NCBI GenBank assembly: GCA_039621445.1
Contig: CP154954.1
Span: 16,386,140 to 16,450,139, forward strand
Origin: Euglena gracilis
Lineage: Eukaryota
Direction: 5' to 3'
Length of the DNA: 64,000 bases
Shown here piece after piece: positions 26,037 through 39,600 of this stretch; position 1 is the first letter of the stretch, and every line of letters begins with the position of its first letter. The notes below the pieces were generated by a model. The model made no database searches, was not told where the DNA came from, and was given only the letters and a program-made list of their open reading frames with translations. Made by a program: the position numbers and the translations under genes.

Positions 26037-28048
26037 TCAACAAAAGAAGAGAATTCAAAAAATGCACAAACAAGACAGGGACCGCCGCACCTCCTCAGGT
26101 CATACAACCATCAATCAATCCAGAAGCCTTCCCAAAGAGCAGGCAGCCAGTGTGCAGAAAACCGTTTCTGCAAATGTCCTTCGGACACCTCTTGTAAAAT
26201 CTGCGCATTGACCCATATCGCACCCAGGGATTCCACCGGCCCGATAGTTTGGCTTCTCTGTGTACAGTAAGGGAACTAAATTTGCGGTTGGGTAACCAAC
26301 CGAACCCCCAGTGGAACCCAGCCTCAGCAAGGTGGGGAGGTGTTGAATGCCACATGCACAGCTAAGCGGGTTGACGAAGTATAAGCTCCCAATAAAATCC
26401 TCCCTGGGGGTCTTGAAATCCCGTCCAGGGTTCATGCCCTCCACTACTCAAGGGGAGCAGGGGGTGGGGAACACCCCCCCGAAATAGTGACCTGGTTAAA
26501 TTGACACCACATTACTTTTTGTCTTGGGACATGAATTTTTTTGCTCAAATCGTCCAAAAAAATCTTTGCACTTCCTGACAAAATCTCGTCAATGGGAAAA
26601 GCATTTTGAATACAAGCGCTGGAAGAAACAGTTTGACCTTTTTGGGATGTGGTCCCGGATGTTCCCCATTAGACCCCCCTATATATTTCTTCCTGTTAGA
26701 GCACCAACACCTCACAAAACACATGGGGAATCTCGTGCCGACACATCACATCGGTGCATGGGTGCAGCACCCCTTGCACCTGTGTTGTCTGTGCGCTGGA
26801 TGGTATTCAGGTAATGAATTCTTAACATACAAATTAAAAAAGATACATCAAAGTTAAGAAGCATTTGATGTTTGGAATCTGATTCATCACCAGGGTGGAT
26901 GAACGCAACATGGCCTTTGGAAACAGCGACCGAAAACATCGAATAACATACTTGGGAGAAACACCCACCTCAGCTGCCTGGAACCTGGTGCTTCCGGGGT
27001 GCCTCTCGGACCTTCTCCTGGAAACTAGAAAAGCAGTATTCCGTCTTTGTTGTAGAGCAAACCTTGGATCACTCCAAATTCAGAAATGGCGGGGGGGGGG
27101 GGGGCTCAACACAGACATACCGTCCAAAGGGCACCAGGGAGGCTAAGCTGACTAATTACCATCAATCAGTGGCATTCCATCGATCGTTCCTTTCGTGGGT
27201 AGTTCAATCAACCTTTCCGTCTAAACATCCACAAAAAGGACGTGAAAAACTATCGAAAAAAACAATGCATTTGGGGGGTTTTTCCTGTTTTGTGCCGCTT
27301 GTGCGATGCTTATCGGCATGGGGGTCATACTTGGTCACCAAACAAAGCCCCCAGGTGGTTTATATTGGGGGGGTTCATTTGAGGGGAGGGTGACACCAAA
27401 CCTAAACCCTACCATAAACGTTAGACTAACTGGGTGAACCCATTCCACACCACCCTCCTACCCCCCCCCGTCCTGACACGCCAAAATATGGGGAAAGTGC
27501 GGTTGACACGGGGGGGGGGGGTGTCATGGACACGCCATGTCATGTGCACTGAACCACAAAGAAAATGGCATTTTGGGAATGGGAAAAGTGCAGTTGATAC
27601 GGGGTGTGTCAGCTGGCAAGAAACAAATGGCTTTGCGTTTTGGATTTAAGCCTGGCAACAGTCAGCCCATTTTGCAGCTCATGAATCTGTGAAATGAATG
27701 CAAATGCGGAAAAGAAGCTGAAGCCCGCCCTTTCTCTGAGAATATAGAAAACCAAATTATTTATTGGTCAATAATTTTAATCTTAACATCTATCCGCATA
27801 CCTCTGTTTGAATCATCGAACAACACCACTGCCTAGGCACTGTTGGCTGGTACCACCCCATACGTGTGATGGGCACGGCGCAGCACACAACACAGAACAA
27901 CAGCAGAGCATAACACAACAATGGAAGCCCGCCATACACCACAGCTCCAGGTGTGGCATCGCTGGGGTGCAGTGCAATGGAACACAATGCGCAGCGCAAG
28001 ACGGGAGTGACTCGGTATGGGCAGGCGGGGGGGGGGGGAGGTATTGCA

Positions 28049-28119
<71 letters not shown>

Positions 28120-28120
28120 A

Positions 28121-28153
<33 letters not shown>

Positions 28154-28154
28154 C

Positions 28155-28193
<39 letters not shown>

Positions 28194-28230
28194 GTCTGTC
28201 TGTCTATCTATCTATATATATATATATATC
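28049..28230. repeat. (TATC)n microsatellite
   Basis: Directly visible. Confidence 0.98.
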
Positions 28231-30017
28231 GTCTTGGCAACCATTGGGCAGCAACGTGCTTTTCTTCTCCACCGGTTTGACGTGATGTTGTAGTGAGGTC
28301 CCCCCCCTTCACTGCAATGTTATAGAACAGGTTCTCCATCTACGACATTGGGGATGCTGACATGGGATTCTGACGGAGTGTGGCACTCCGTGAAACCCAT
28401 TCACCCTCTGCACGGTGCGTCGGTGGATTCAATAAAACCATGCCAAATAAAATTAATGGTTTGAGACATGTGCTATTTTAACCGACGCATGTGGTGTGGC
28501 TTCTGCATGCAAGGGCGTTCCTTTAGGACCCATGGGGGGTCCAGCTCAGAGGCTGGAGAGCTTGGGCTGGTTGGAAAAAGGCTGTTGGCTTACCCCCTTG
28601 GGGGTGCCAGGGCTGGAGCTAAGCCCGACCCGGGGTCGAAACGGGTATCACAAAATTGAAAGCGCAAAAATGTCCAAAAAAAAAACTGCCAATTATGCAA
28701 AAAAAATATCGATTTTTCGACCCCAAATTTGCCCTGACGATCCCTTTTGCGACCCATTTCCCCCATTTTTGACCCATTTTGGCCCATTTTTGGACCCCCA
28801 AAAGCGAAAATCTGTTACTGACCAGCCACTTTTCAGGCGGCTGGAAAAAAATAAAACTCGCTCTTGTCAAAGATTTTGTAATCTAACAACAGAAAAAGTG
28901 CACAAGGTATGCAGCAGGGCGTTGCTTAAGAAAATTTGACCAGAATTTGGTTAAAATTGGTTGCTTTCTGCAAAGAAGCAAACGGCCAGAGTACAGTGTT
29001 GGGCGGCATTCCTTCAAAACCCCTCAAAGTTGCAGTAAATACATTTTTTACCATGCAATAATTCAATTTTCATCAAGATGGTGGAAAATAACAAAAATTC
29101 AAAAAATAGAAGGAAAATGAATAAATGAATAAATCCGATGATTCAAAAACACCATAAAACGGCCACAGCTTCAAATTTGAGATACGTGAGACGAGTCCCT
29201 TTTTGTCCCGAGCTTTGCTAACAAAAGGGCCAAAGCCATAACTCGTCCAGGGCACTTGATATGTTACAAATTTCGGGTCCCACACACAAGCAGCTCAAAA
29301 ACCTTAAGAAATGGCTCAATCTGCAACGACAAGTCTGCATGAAATCCCGGTAAATTAACATGGACATTCACAGGTCCTTGACCCTGTGAATGCCCGAATA
29401 ACCTACGGGGGGGGGGCAAAGAAAAAAAAGATCGTTTTGGTAACCTGGCACACCGCCAGGTTTTTTGGTGGGGGTTTGGAGGGGGTTGGGGGGGGGGGTG
29501 CCCTCTCCATTGTACTGGCCATTGTTCAATGCTGTCCGAGTGGCACAGCGAATCACCACAGATCAGTGAAGGCCAGCTGCAAAAGGTGGAAATTTTCAGA
29601 CCGTCGCAAAAGGTTTGGACTCATCATTGTGATTTTCTGTCGCAGTCACCCCTTGATGAGAAAAAATAATAATAATAAATGCGTGATGGATTTGGTGCCC
29701 CAGGATGTGGAGTTCCCTGAGGGTAAAACAAGGTTCATCCCCAATGGCTCCCAGGCGAACAGACCCGGTTCAAATATGTCACTTTTTGATATTAGATGAG
29801 TGGGGAAGAACCGCCTTGGCTTTGGAACAGGCAGCCACAATAACAAAAAAAGCAGGGCAGGGAAGCGGCAAATGCATATAACGAACCTCTTCCAGCACAT
29901 CATTCTCTATATTAAAATGCAACCAAGGAGGGACAACACACGAAGATGGAATTGTTTGCCTCCTCCTTTGTTTGTTGAATACCAGAGGGGGGTGGCGAAT
30001 CCTACCCAGTTTGCACC

Positions 30018-32428
30018 CAGGCATTATTATTTTTTAAGGCGCCTTAAAAAACCTTAAAAAACCTTAAAACTTTTTTTGGAAAAATGCCTTAAAAAACCTT
30101 AAAAAACCTTAAAAAAATCACCCCGGGGTTTTTCTTCCCCGTGATGACCTTAAAAAACCTTAAAAATTTTCCCTGGGAATTTTTTTTCTTGCACCAAACA
30201 AATAATGGCATGTGTGAAACCCCGCATAAAGCCAGTCAATGCAGAAGCGGTTGTGAACAAACAATATGAAAACCGGATTGTTTGCCAAGGTTTCTGGCAT
30301 AGTTCGGTTGGCCTCGGTTCACCAAAAGCTGTGACACACGGCAGAATAAGCAAAACTTGCAACCACATCTTTCTTGATTTGAATTACTTGAGACATTCTT
30401 AGAGGAGTCAACCCAAATTGCTCAAAAGTGCAATTGCTGCAAAAGTTGCATGAACAACAAAAAAATCCCGATTTGGGACAATTTACTACGCTGGAGCAGT
30501 TTCCAACACTTGCCACAGCATTTCGAGCAGCGAAACAGTGCGTTCTCCAATTGAGTGGTGATTCCGCGAATTTTTCCCACTTTTTTTTGCCCAAGCACGC
30601 GAAAGTTTTGGTCCCCGCACTTATGTGCAGCAGTTGGAAGAAAGACTTTCTCGTTTGGATCAGACACCTTGCCATTGTGGAGAAATTCCTGCTGAATTTG
30701 CATGCTTTCACACCCAAAATCTCGAATATCGCAAAGTAGGTTTGAGAATTTGCAACAACAGTGGCAAAATGACACAGTGGATATCCGAACCGCAATCGTG
30801 GATTTGCAGACCCGCAATGCGGCAACCCGTGCCAGGGCGGTCCTTAGGCAAAAAAAAATCCTGTCCCCATACACTTCAACCATAAATTAAGGAAAAGGGG
30901 ATTTTGGCAGGGGAAATTTTTTTGAAAATTACGTTGAAAAATGAACCCAATATGCATTGTTGGTTTTTTGATGGAAAATTACATTTTCCCAAAAAAAATC
31001 ACCAAAATTTTAGGGATGAAAATTGTTAGTTTTTAGGAGGGGGGTCAAAAAATGCAGGTCAAAAAAATGGGACCAAATTTTGGAACAGTCAAATTTTACT
31101 GACATTTTTTCCCTTGGAAATTTTTTGGATTTTCCGTGGCATTTTTTTTGCTTCCAAAATCTCTCAAAATTAAAATTTTGAGAAATATTGATTTTGACAA
31201 AAAAAACTCAAAGATTTCAGGGTTAAATTTGGCAGTTTTAGGGGGGGGGGTGGAAAATAACGAAGGTCAAAAAAGGTGGACCAAATTTTGGCACAGTCAA
31301 ATTTTACTGACACTTTTCCTCTGTCAAATTTGTTGGATTTTCAATGGCATTTTTCTTGCTTCAAAAATCTCTCAAATTCAAAATTTTGAGAAAATGTTGA
31401 TTTTTAGGAAGATGTGAAAATGGGGGTTTGAGGGAGTTTAATGGCCATTTTTTGAGGAAAAAGTTCTAAAGTAATTTTTTGTCATCAAAAAGTGACGTTT
31501 TTAAGTTTTTCCAGACTTTTTTTTGTTGCGTTTTTTTTTAAAAAAGCACATATTTTTAAAAAACTTGTTTTCTTTTTGGAAAATTTATTTGTAAAAAACT
31601 TGTTTTTTTAAAAAAAAAGTTTTTTTTTAAAAAACATGCTTTTTAAAAAAAACATTTTTTTGTTTCAAAAAAAAAGCAGTCAACCTTGGCAAGCACCTAT
31701 GGTCAAGCCGCAAAATTTCCCCATTTGAGGCCATTTAAGGCCATTTAAGGCCAACAGGCAAGCTAATGTCCTGAATAGGGTCAGAAATTTAAAGTAATTG
31801 CAATGAAAAAAATGGATGGTTTCGAGTTTCGAGTTTCGAGGTGACCCACTCTGTATCCCATGCAACAAGGTTTTGAGCAATGTGTATGGCGGCACACTGC
31901 ATGGGCACGCGTTTGGTATTGCTCACATGAAAAAGTTGGATTATTTTGTCAGTGTTCATGAGGCTATCCGGTGTGGGTGCATGGGTCAGGGCGGTCCATC
32001 AGGGACGGGATTTTTTTTTTAGTTAACTGCCCCTTACGGACAGCCCCTCCAGGGCAGTTTTGGACCCGAAATAATTTTTCTGGCGTCTTCGGCGCCGGGT
32101 GTTTTTTTTGACCCATTTTGGGACCCATATGCAGGAACCCATAGCTAAAATGGCCTAAAATTCCTAAAATGCCTAAAATGGCAATAACTGTCCCTCATGG
32201 ACCGCCCTGATCCCATGCTTCGCCCGAGGCTTCTTCCTTGGGCGTTCCGAAGCCACAGGAGTCTGAAACCATCGGGGCATCTTCGAGGTCTGAGATTTTA
32301 CCTGAGGAAAAAAATGCCTTAAAAAACCTTAAAATTTTTTAAAATTCCTCAAAAAACCTTAAAAAACCTTAAAAAACCTTAAAAAACGCCTTTTTGAGAA
32401 ATCTCGCCTTAAAAAAAAATAATGCCTG
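30018..32428. mobile_element. Non-autonomous hAT element with nested repeats
   Basis: TIR CAGGCATTATTATTTTTTAAGGCG / CGCCTTAAAAAAAAATAATGCCTG, perfect 8-bp TSD TTTGCACC (30010-17, 32429-36) and subterminal CCTTAAAAAA repeats. Contains a C2H2-like remnant CIPCNKVL..HAFGIAH (31850-31930). It interrupts a copy of the repeat seen at 17790-17945. Confidence 0.92.
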
Positions 32429-35079
32429 TTTGCACCCCTTGTTGGCTGAATACCTCGGGCCTGGTGGGAGTTAGGGGCCAACCAGAAGTAGTTCAGAAAG
32501 CCGGGATCCAATCGCTCGCGATTGGGAAAAAATTTTGGGAACGGGGCAGGGGTCATGGTGATAATCTGAAGTTTTCATTCCCATTGAAGAAAGGCCATCG
32601 CTCATCCACCCAAAAAGTCAAAAAAATGCGGTTTTTTATTTCATAATTTTTCATTTTCAACCCTGTTCAACCCCAGACCGGCCATTGGCAGGTCCTTAGT
32701 CCTAAGACGGTCCATAATGGGGCAGTCCTTAAAAAAAAATACACTGCCCCATTGACCGACCTGCCCTTGGGGGAAAAGCACATGGACCCAATGGACCAAT
32801 GCATCACCTGTCCCGAGACGTGTACATCAGGAGGGAGGGGGCAGCCATCAGGCACCAGGTTTTCGGCGCATGATGCATGATGCATCGCCAGGTTCCAAGT
32901 GGTGGGCAAATGGCAGATCACGTAAAATAAAAGGAGAAATATGAAAAGTCCAGATATTATGTGAAAAGGGGAACTCTGGGTGTCTTTTTGAGCTTGAAGA
33001 ATTTCCCCAATAATACACCCCCCCGACTCAAGTACCCACCCTGGGCCCAAGTTTTGGATACCTGTATAATAAAACACCACCAGGTATACCATTTGGGGGA
33101 GGGGTTTCATTGGGCGAGGGTCGCACCAGTAGGGCCTTGGTAGGTTTGTTGTACCAAGCATAATTTTAAAATATGCTTTTTTTCAGAGGGAATTTGATGA
33201 GTTTCCGCTTTGCTTGATTTCTATCAAGGAGTGTGGCTGGGGGTACATTATTTGGGCAGCTGAAATCGCAGGCCAGGGGCGGGGTATATTATTTGGGGGG
33301 AAGTTTGTGAAGGTGTTTTGAAGGCTGCCGATCGATCACCTTCCCTCCATGTCTGTTGGATTTTTGGACGCACCTGCCATCAAGGGTCTCCATCCACCAT
33401 GCCACCACAGTGTCCCCCAAGAGCTTGGGTGAGATGAAAGTGGCTGAACTGCGGCGGGTTTGGGTGTTTTAAGGGTGGGACACAGAAATAAACAAAAGGT
33501 AAGTCCCGCCAGGCTCCGGCCACCTCCACGTACACAGACAAAAGGTTCAGAGGCGAAAAACAGCCAGAAGAAGGGAACAGAAGAAGGGATAAAAGGCACC
33601 AAACAAAAAGCCACAGTGCACACAGGGGCACTCGGGCCGAAAAGGCCAGAAACTTCAAAAAAAAATTCCCGTGGCTTCCGCGCCGGGTGGCCACTTTCGA
33701 GCATTCGTGGCCAACCTCCTGGGGGGGGGGGCGTCTGGAGCCAAAAACCACTCCTAAAAAACCAGCCAATCACCCCCCTGGGGGTCAGACAAACCGTAAG
33801 CAATGGTATAGTCAGGACCCCCCTCCCCCGAACAAACAATTTTTTTTCTGCTCAAAGCGCCAGAAAAATTGGGGGGCCAAAAAAAATTGCATTTCACATT
33901 ATTTTTTTTAACAATGACAATTTTGGGTTCTGGGCTGGGGCTTAGGCAGCCGAATTCGCACTTAAGGGTTTTCCCTTTAGGATGGGCGCATTTGCGCAAA
34001 TGTAACCATTTTTTTGTAACCCCTGGGACCCTGTACCCTGCCTGCCAAAAAGAAATTTTTGTGATCGCGGACGGAACTCGTTAGGGCTGGGCAATTCGAA
34101 CCCCTTCAAATACAAACTTGACTTCGCGACCGAACGGGCGCGCGAACATTTGTACCTCTCCCTCTCTGCAGATGGTTGTCTGCACACTGTCCGTGGGACA
34201 CCCGCCGACACCCTCTTCCACCCCACACCACCCCGCGGCACCCAACTGGCCAGATCTGACGGCGTACGGTTTTTGACTTTTGGGTGTCCAAATGTGACCT
34301 GTGGATACTGAACGTTTGCCGGGCGATGAAATCAGACACCCTTGATGAATTTCGAAATTATTGTGATGGTGTGTTGGGTGCCATGACTTATGAATTACGA
34401 TGTAATTGGGTGTGTCTGGAGAGGGGTGTGACACCCCTGTTTTGGACAAGGGCGAAGAAATGCCTGGTGATTGGAACTTTCTAATTGGTGTACGGAATAA
34501 ATTTTGTTTGTGGCGCACTGCACACTTGCGCAAATGCGCGCATCAAACGATTATTCCTACTGTGATTGACTGTGCTGCTGAGAGGGTGGTTGACGCCCCA
34601 GATTGTGTTAGAAATGAAAAGTGGTTGTTTAACGACCCAGAGGGCGTTGTGCTGCCAGTCTATTGACCTGCACGTTGTCATTCACTCGTTGTGTCAGTGG
34701 GGGTGTGATTTGTATGGCTGGTGGAGCTGGGAAGCTACGCTGCTCACCATTTGAGAGTGTGTGTGTGTTACGTGCTGGGTGGCTAAGGCTCTATGGTGGT
34801 GTATGGCCGGTGTCCCCTGTCTGGAGTTGACGTACATGGGGGATGGCCAGGCAGGGTACAGCGGTGTATTAATGTGTGCTTTTTTGTTTGTTGACTTGCG
34901 CATTTTGCGCGCACAAACAGTTCCAAATAAAAGAAATGACACACAGGATTGTGGGACGTGTAGCGTGTAATGTGTCTGTATGAGTGATGTGGACAGGGTG
35001 GCGACAACGGGGGTGTGAAGTTAACAGATTTGAGGTGGTGGTGAAAAGGCGGCGTGCCGGCAGACCTGGGGAGGACTGA

Positions 35080-36096
35080 ATGGAGTCCTTGCAGGCCAGC
35101 AGCACCCACTCCCGCCGCCGTGGCTACGAGGGCTACAGCGAGGAGGCCGCCTTGGCCGCGGAGGCCAGGAAGGTGCTGGGCCAGCTGGTGAAGGCCCACT
35201 TCGCCACCAGCTACGAGGAGTTTGTGGCGGCGGTGGTGCAGCGCGGCCACCCGCTGCAGACCCTGGTGGTGCAGGTGGCCCACACCCGGGTGCCGCTGCG
35301 GACGGAGGGGGGCGCGGCGCTGCTGGAGGAGCTGGCCCGGGAGCCGCGGCGGCCGCAGATTGAGCTGCTGCTCAAGGACGCCTGGGCGGTGTACCGGGCG
35401 CTGCGGCAGCACGCCTGCCCGCGGTCGGCGCAGCGGGTGGTGGCGGAGGAGCACGAGGCGCTGCTGGCCAGGCACCGGGCGGCCAGCCAGCTGCTGCGGC
35501 CAGTGGGATCCTGCCGGAGGAGCCGATGTGGAACCGGCAGTGGCGGCGGCAGCGGGCCTGTTAGCGGCTGGAGGACCTGTGGCAGCAGTCGGAGGGGCGG
35601 AGCTGCGTCCTGTGGTTCGACAACTTCTGGAAGAGGGCCATAACGTCGAACCCCCGGATGGTGATCCGCACCCACGACTGCTGCGTGATGGCCATGATGC
35701 GGACGGCGGTGGACGCCATCCCGGAGTACCTGGGGTACCCGTCGCTGGAGCAGCTACTGGGCCGCATCCACCGGGTGTCCGCACGGCTGGTGCGGAGCGA
35801 CCTGCCGGCGTTCTTGGAGCTGGTCTCGGAGATCAGCGCACGCCCGCTGGAGGCGCACCGCGAATCTGCCGTTGTCCGTGGCTGCCAAATCCTCGTCCGA
35901 GGGGTCCCTGCCTGAGCGACCGACTCGACGGTCGCGATTCGAATCACCAGCGGGCGACGAGTCACCTCCGCGGGCGGGCGGGCGGGTACCGGCGGACCCC
36001 GCAGGGCGTGGGGCGGCCACCAGCAGTCGGGACACGGTGCCGCCGAGGGCGGCTCGTGTGTACGTCCCGGCGGACCCCTTCGAGGGGTCCGACTGA
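35080..36096 (+). pseudogene. E1 transposase, frameshifted and internally deleted (keeps only the WxDNF first-Asp region and the C-terminal tail)
   Basis: GC-rich coding-like sequence. CVLWFDNFWKR and YPSLEQLLGRIHRV align with E2 VVLWLDNF and HPELSDLIGNLEVV. Homology stops at ~35860 and jumps to a low-complexity tail ending in TGA at 36096. Confidence 0.7.
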
Positions 36097-36640
36097 GCGG
36101 ATTTGCTGATGAGGCGACGGTTTAGTAACTTTTGATACAAGCCACACCACACTTTATTTTATGGATCATTCGATGCGCCATAACCAGGTGCATGTTCGCC
36201 AAAAGAAAAAAGTTGACAACTCCCCTCTAGACACCTTCTGGATTTCTAAAAAAGCAGGCCTACGGATGTCCAACAGTAAACCGCCAGTGTGTTAACTGTT
36301 TCGCGACCCGAATGCGTGACGTGTCACCCCCGGTTTGTGTTCGGCAGTTTTTGACACAGATACGCCATGAAAGATTACGAAAACGTAGCATATCCATACC
36401 CCCCGTTGTTACGGACCAGAATAATCCATTTTGTGCGTCCCGTCAGAACGTTTCACACTTTTTCCATTTTTTGCCTGAAAATGCCTAAGTCGGATGATTT
36501 TTTGTCATAATTTGCGCGGATTGCTTGCCGTAGGTTAGAAGGCATTTCAATGTGCTGAATTCAGTTGTTGCACGTGCAGTTCAGTCACTGGTCACATTCC
36601 CCCCCTTTTTGAAACGGCGCCTTGCCTCAGGTCACACACC

Positions 36641-39600
36641 ATGGCCGACCCTGTTGCTGTCCCCCCAGAGGGGGAGGCTGCCGTCCCCGGGCAGACGGAG
36701 TCCGGGACCGAGGCGGCGGAGCTGGAGCGGAGCCCGCCCCAGCTGAGGCCGCTGCAGCGCAGGAGCCGAAGCCCGCCGCCAAGCTGGGGCGGATCCGCCC
36801 CCGCAGTACCTCCCGCAACCTGCCCATCGCGGAGGTGTACAAGGAGGAGGTGAAGCAGTGGGTGCTGTCGACGGGGACAAAGCTGCTGCTGGACGTGCTG
36901 CACGTGGACTACAACCAGTCCGAGGGGCAGACGCGGCCCCTGGACAACACGGAGGTGGAGCGGAAGCTGCGGCAGCTGCAGCTGAACCCCCCGTTGGAGA
37001 TGGTGCGGGTCACCGTGTGGAAGAAGGCCGGTGTGTCTATCAGTGTGATTGCGTCATACGTGGGTGTTTGCGGTTGTGGGGTGGTTTGTCTGGAATGAGT
37101 TTGCCTCTGGAAACTCTGTTGGTGCAGGGTTCAGCATTGGAGTGCGTGCATTGCTTTGGAAGTCGGATTTGATTTGCGCATTTGCGCGCACAAGCACACA
37201 ATCCCTTTTTACTGGCTCATTTGCGCGCACATCCATGCATAATGTGTTTATTTGCGCATTTGCGCGCACATACGCATACAGTTTGTTTATTTGCGCAATT
37301 GCGCGCACATCCCTTCATTGTCCCCACAGAGAACCACTACGTGCTGATGTCGGGGCAGCACATCACCGCGGCGCTGAAGCGCTGGTCCGAGGGCTTCAGG
37401 TCCCAGAAACTGAACCCTCCGAAGGGTTCAGCCCTGTATTTGTTTGCGTGTTTTTTGTTTTGCCCCTCTCGTGCAGCCCCTCTCGTGCAGCCCCTCTCGT
37501 GCCGCCCCTCTCGTGCAGCCCCTCTCATGCAGCCCCTCCTGTGTCTGAAAGACATAAACCCCCCCCCCCAAATATAAACCCCCCCAAATACAAACCCCCC
37601 CCCCAAATATAAAACCCCCCCTGAGGACCTTGAAATCCCGCCCAAATATAAAACCCCCCCTCCGGCGCGAAGCGCCGGAAGGAAAAATTTTCGACAAAAT
37701 ATCTCCCAAAATTGTCATTTTGGCAGATTTGGGAACAATTTTTACCAAAAACATGTGAAAATTGCTCCTTCGCCCGAAAAATGAAGTTTTTGGACCCCCA
37801 AGGGTGGGCGTATTTGTTATTTTGGACAAAAAAAGTGTTTACTGGAGCCCACCGGGAAGTTGATTTTTCTGACCGAATATAAACCCCCCCCCAAATATAA
37901 AACCCCCCCTCGGGTCTTGAAATTTCCGCCCAATTATAAAACCGGGGGGTTTTATATTTGGGGGGGGGGGTTAGGTTCAAATGCAGGGCTGTGGCCAGGG
38001 CAAATACGACCTCACCACCATCCTCCACCCCATGACCCCGGTGCACCTGCGGCGGGCTGCCGGCGGGTACGCGCAGGCCATCCAGTTGGCAGTGAAGGAG
38101 CTGTCCATCCCCCAGTTCGCCAACCTCTTGGTGAAGGGGAAGCACATCTCCACGGTGCCGGCGGTGCGGCTGGCGGCGGCCTACCGGCAGGCCGGCTGGG
38201 ACCGGTCGGTCCCCCAGGTGTGAGCCCACTGCCAGTCTGCCGATGCATTGAATGACAGTGTCCTGTTTTATTTGCGCAATTGCGCGCATCAAAAGTGGAT
38301 TCATGCATAGAGCATTCTGCCTGTGATGAATGGACAGTGTGTTTACGTGTCCTTTGTCATTGCCTCAGGGTGAGGTCATCAAGATGTGGGGGCCGCTGCA
38401 GCGGCTGGTGGAGGAGACCCCCGAGGCGGTGGCGGGCCTCCTGAGCATGGAGTCGGCGCTGGCGGCGAGGGGCCGCACGCTGCTGTCCTCCCACATGCGG
38501 TCCCTCAGACGCCTGCTGACCCCCGAGGCGCGGGCCCAGGTGGCGGCAGCACTGCAGAGCCCGGGGATCGGGCTGGCCCAGCTGGAGCAGGCGGTGACGG
38601 AGGCCACCCACGAGATGTGGGTGGGCTTTGTGTGGAGGAGCGACAACCAGATGATCCACGGCCAGATCGGTATGCCATTGCTCTGGGGTCTGGGGTGCAA
38701 TTGTGTTGTTGGATATGAGAACAGACAGGCACGCGCGCACGGTGGATTGCATGCTGTTCTGTTGTAACTGTAGTCACACTCCCTCGCTGCTCCCTCACAG
38801 TGCACAACACGGCGGAGAGGAGCCGCTTCAAGCGGACGGTGCCCGTCGCCGCCCTGCAAGTGGCGCGGCTGGGGTCGTGGACCTGGAGCCCGGTGGAGCC
38901 GAGGCCCCCCCTGGCGGCGGTGCTGACCGCCCCCTTCTGGGTGGAGGCGCAATTCGAGGAGCTGCGGGCCTCCTTCGCCCTGCCGGCTGTGGAGTCGGAG
39001 ATCGTGTCCAAGGAGGGCGGGGCCATCCAGGAGGTGGCGGTGGCCAGGCCAGCCGGGGAGGAGAAAGGGGTGAAGTGCCTGGTCTACAAGGCCAGAGGAG
39101 AGGGGGTACCGGCGGAGGCGCTGGGGGCCGCAGTGGGCCTCGTCATCGTTGAGGTCAACCACAACACCGGCTCAGGGTTCTGTTATAGTCGAATTCTTCT
39201 TTTTTTTAAAGTGTTCCTGTTTTATTTGCGCATTTGCGCGCACCAAAAATAAAAATGATGGTTCTGATTAATACCTTCAGTTGCACACAGTTCCGGCCTT
39301 TATTTTCAAATAATTTTTTTATGCGCGCATTTTCGCAAAAGTTATTGTGCGCGCACTTGCGCAAATGAAATGACCACGGTTAAAAGAAATACGCTATCTG
39401 AAACAGAATTCTGCCTCCTCCTGGACGAGCAGGTCAAGCGCCTGGCCGGCGTCGTGCCGGTCGTCATCTACGGCGCTGCCGAGGCGGTGGCCGCTGTGGA
39501 GACGGCGGTGCGGCGGCTGGCGCCGGGGCGGGAGACGGCCATGGTGGACTGCAACAGGGGGGCTGCGACAGGGGCCAGGGGGTGGCCCGCAAGTTTGAGA

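Noticed and set aside
27808-28293. ORFs with IYLS repeats (and ER/LS or YI repeats at 56.4, 58.5 and 61.1 kb)
   Set aside because: Translations of microsatellites.
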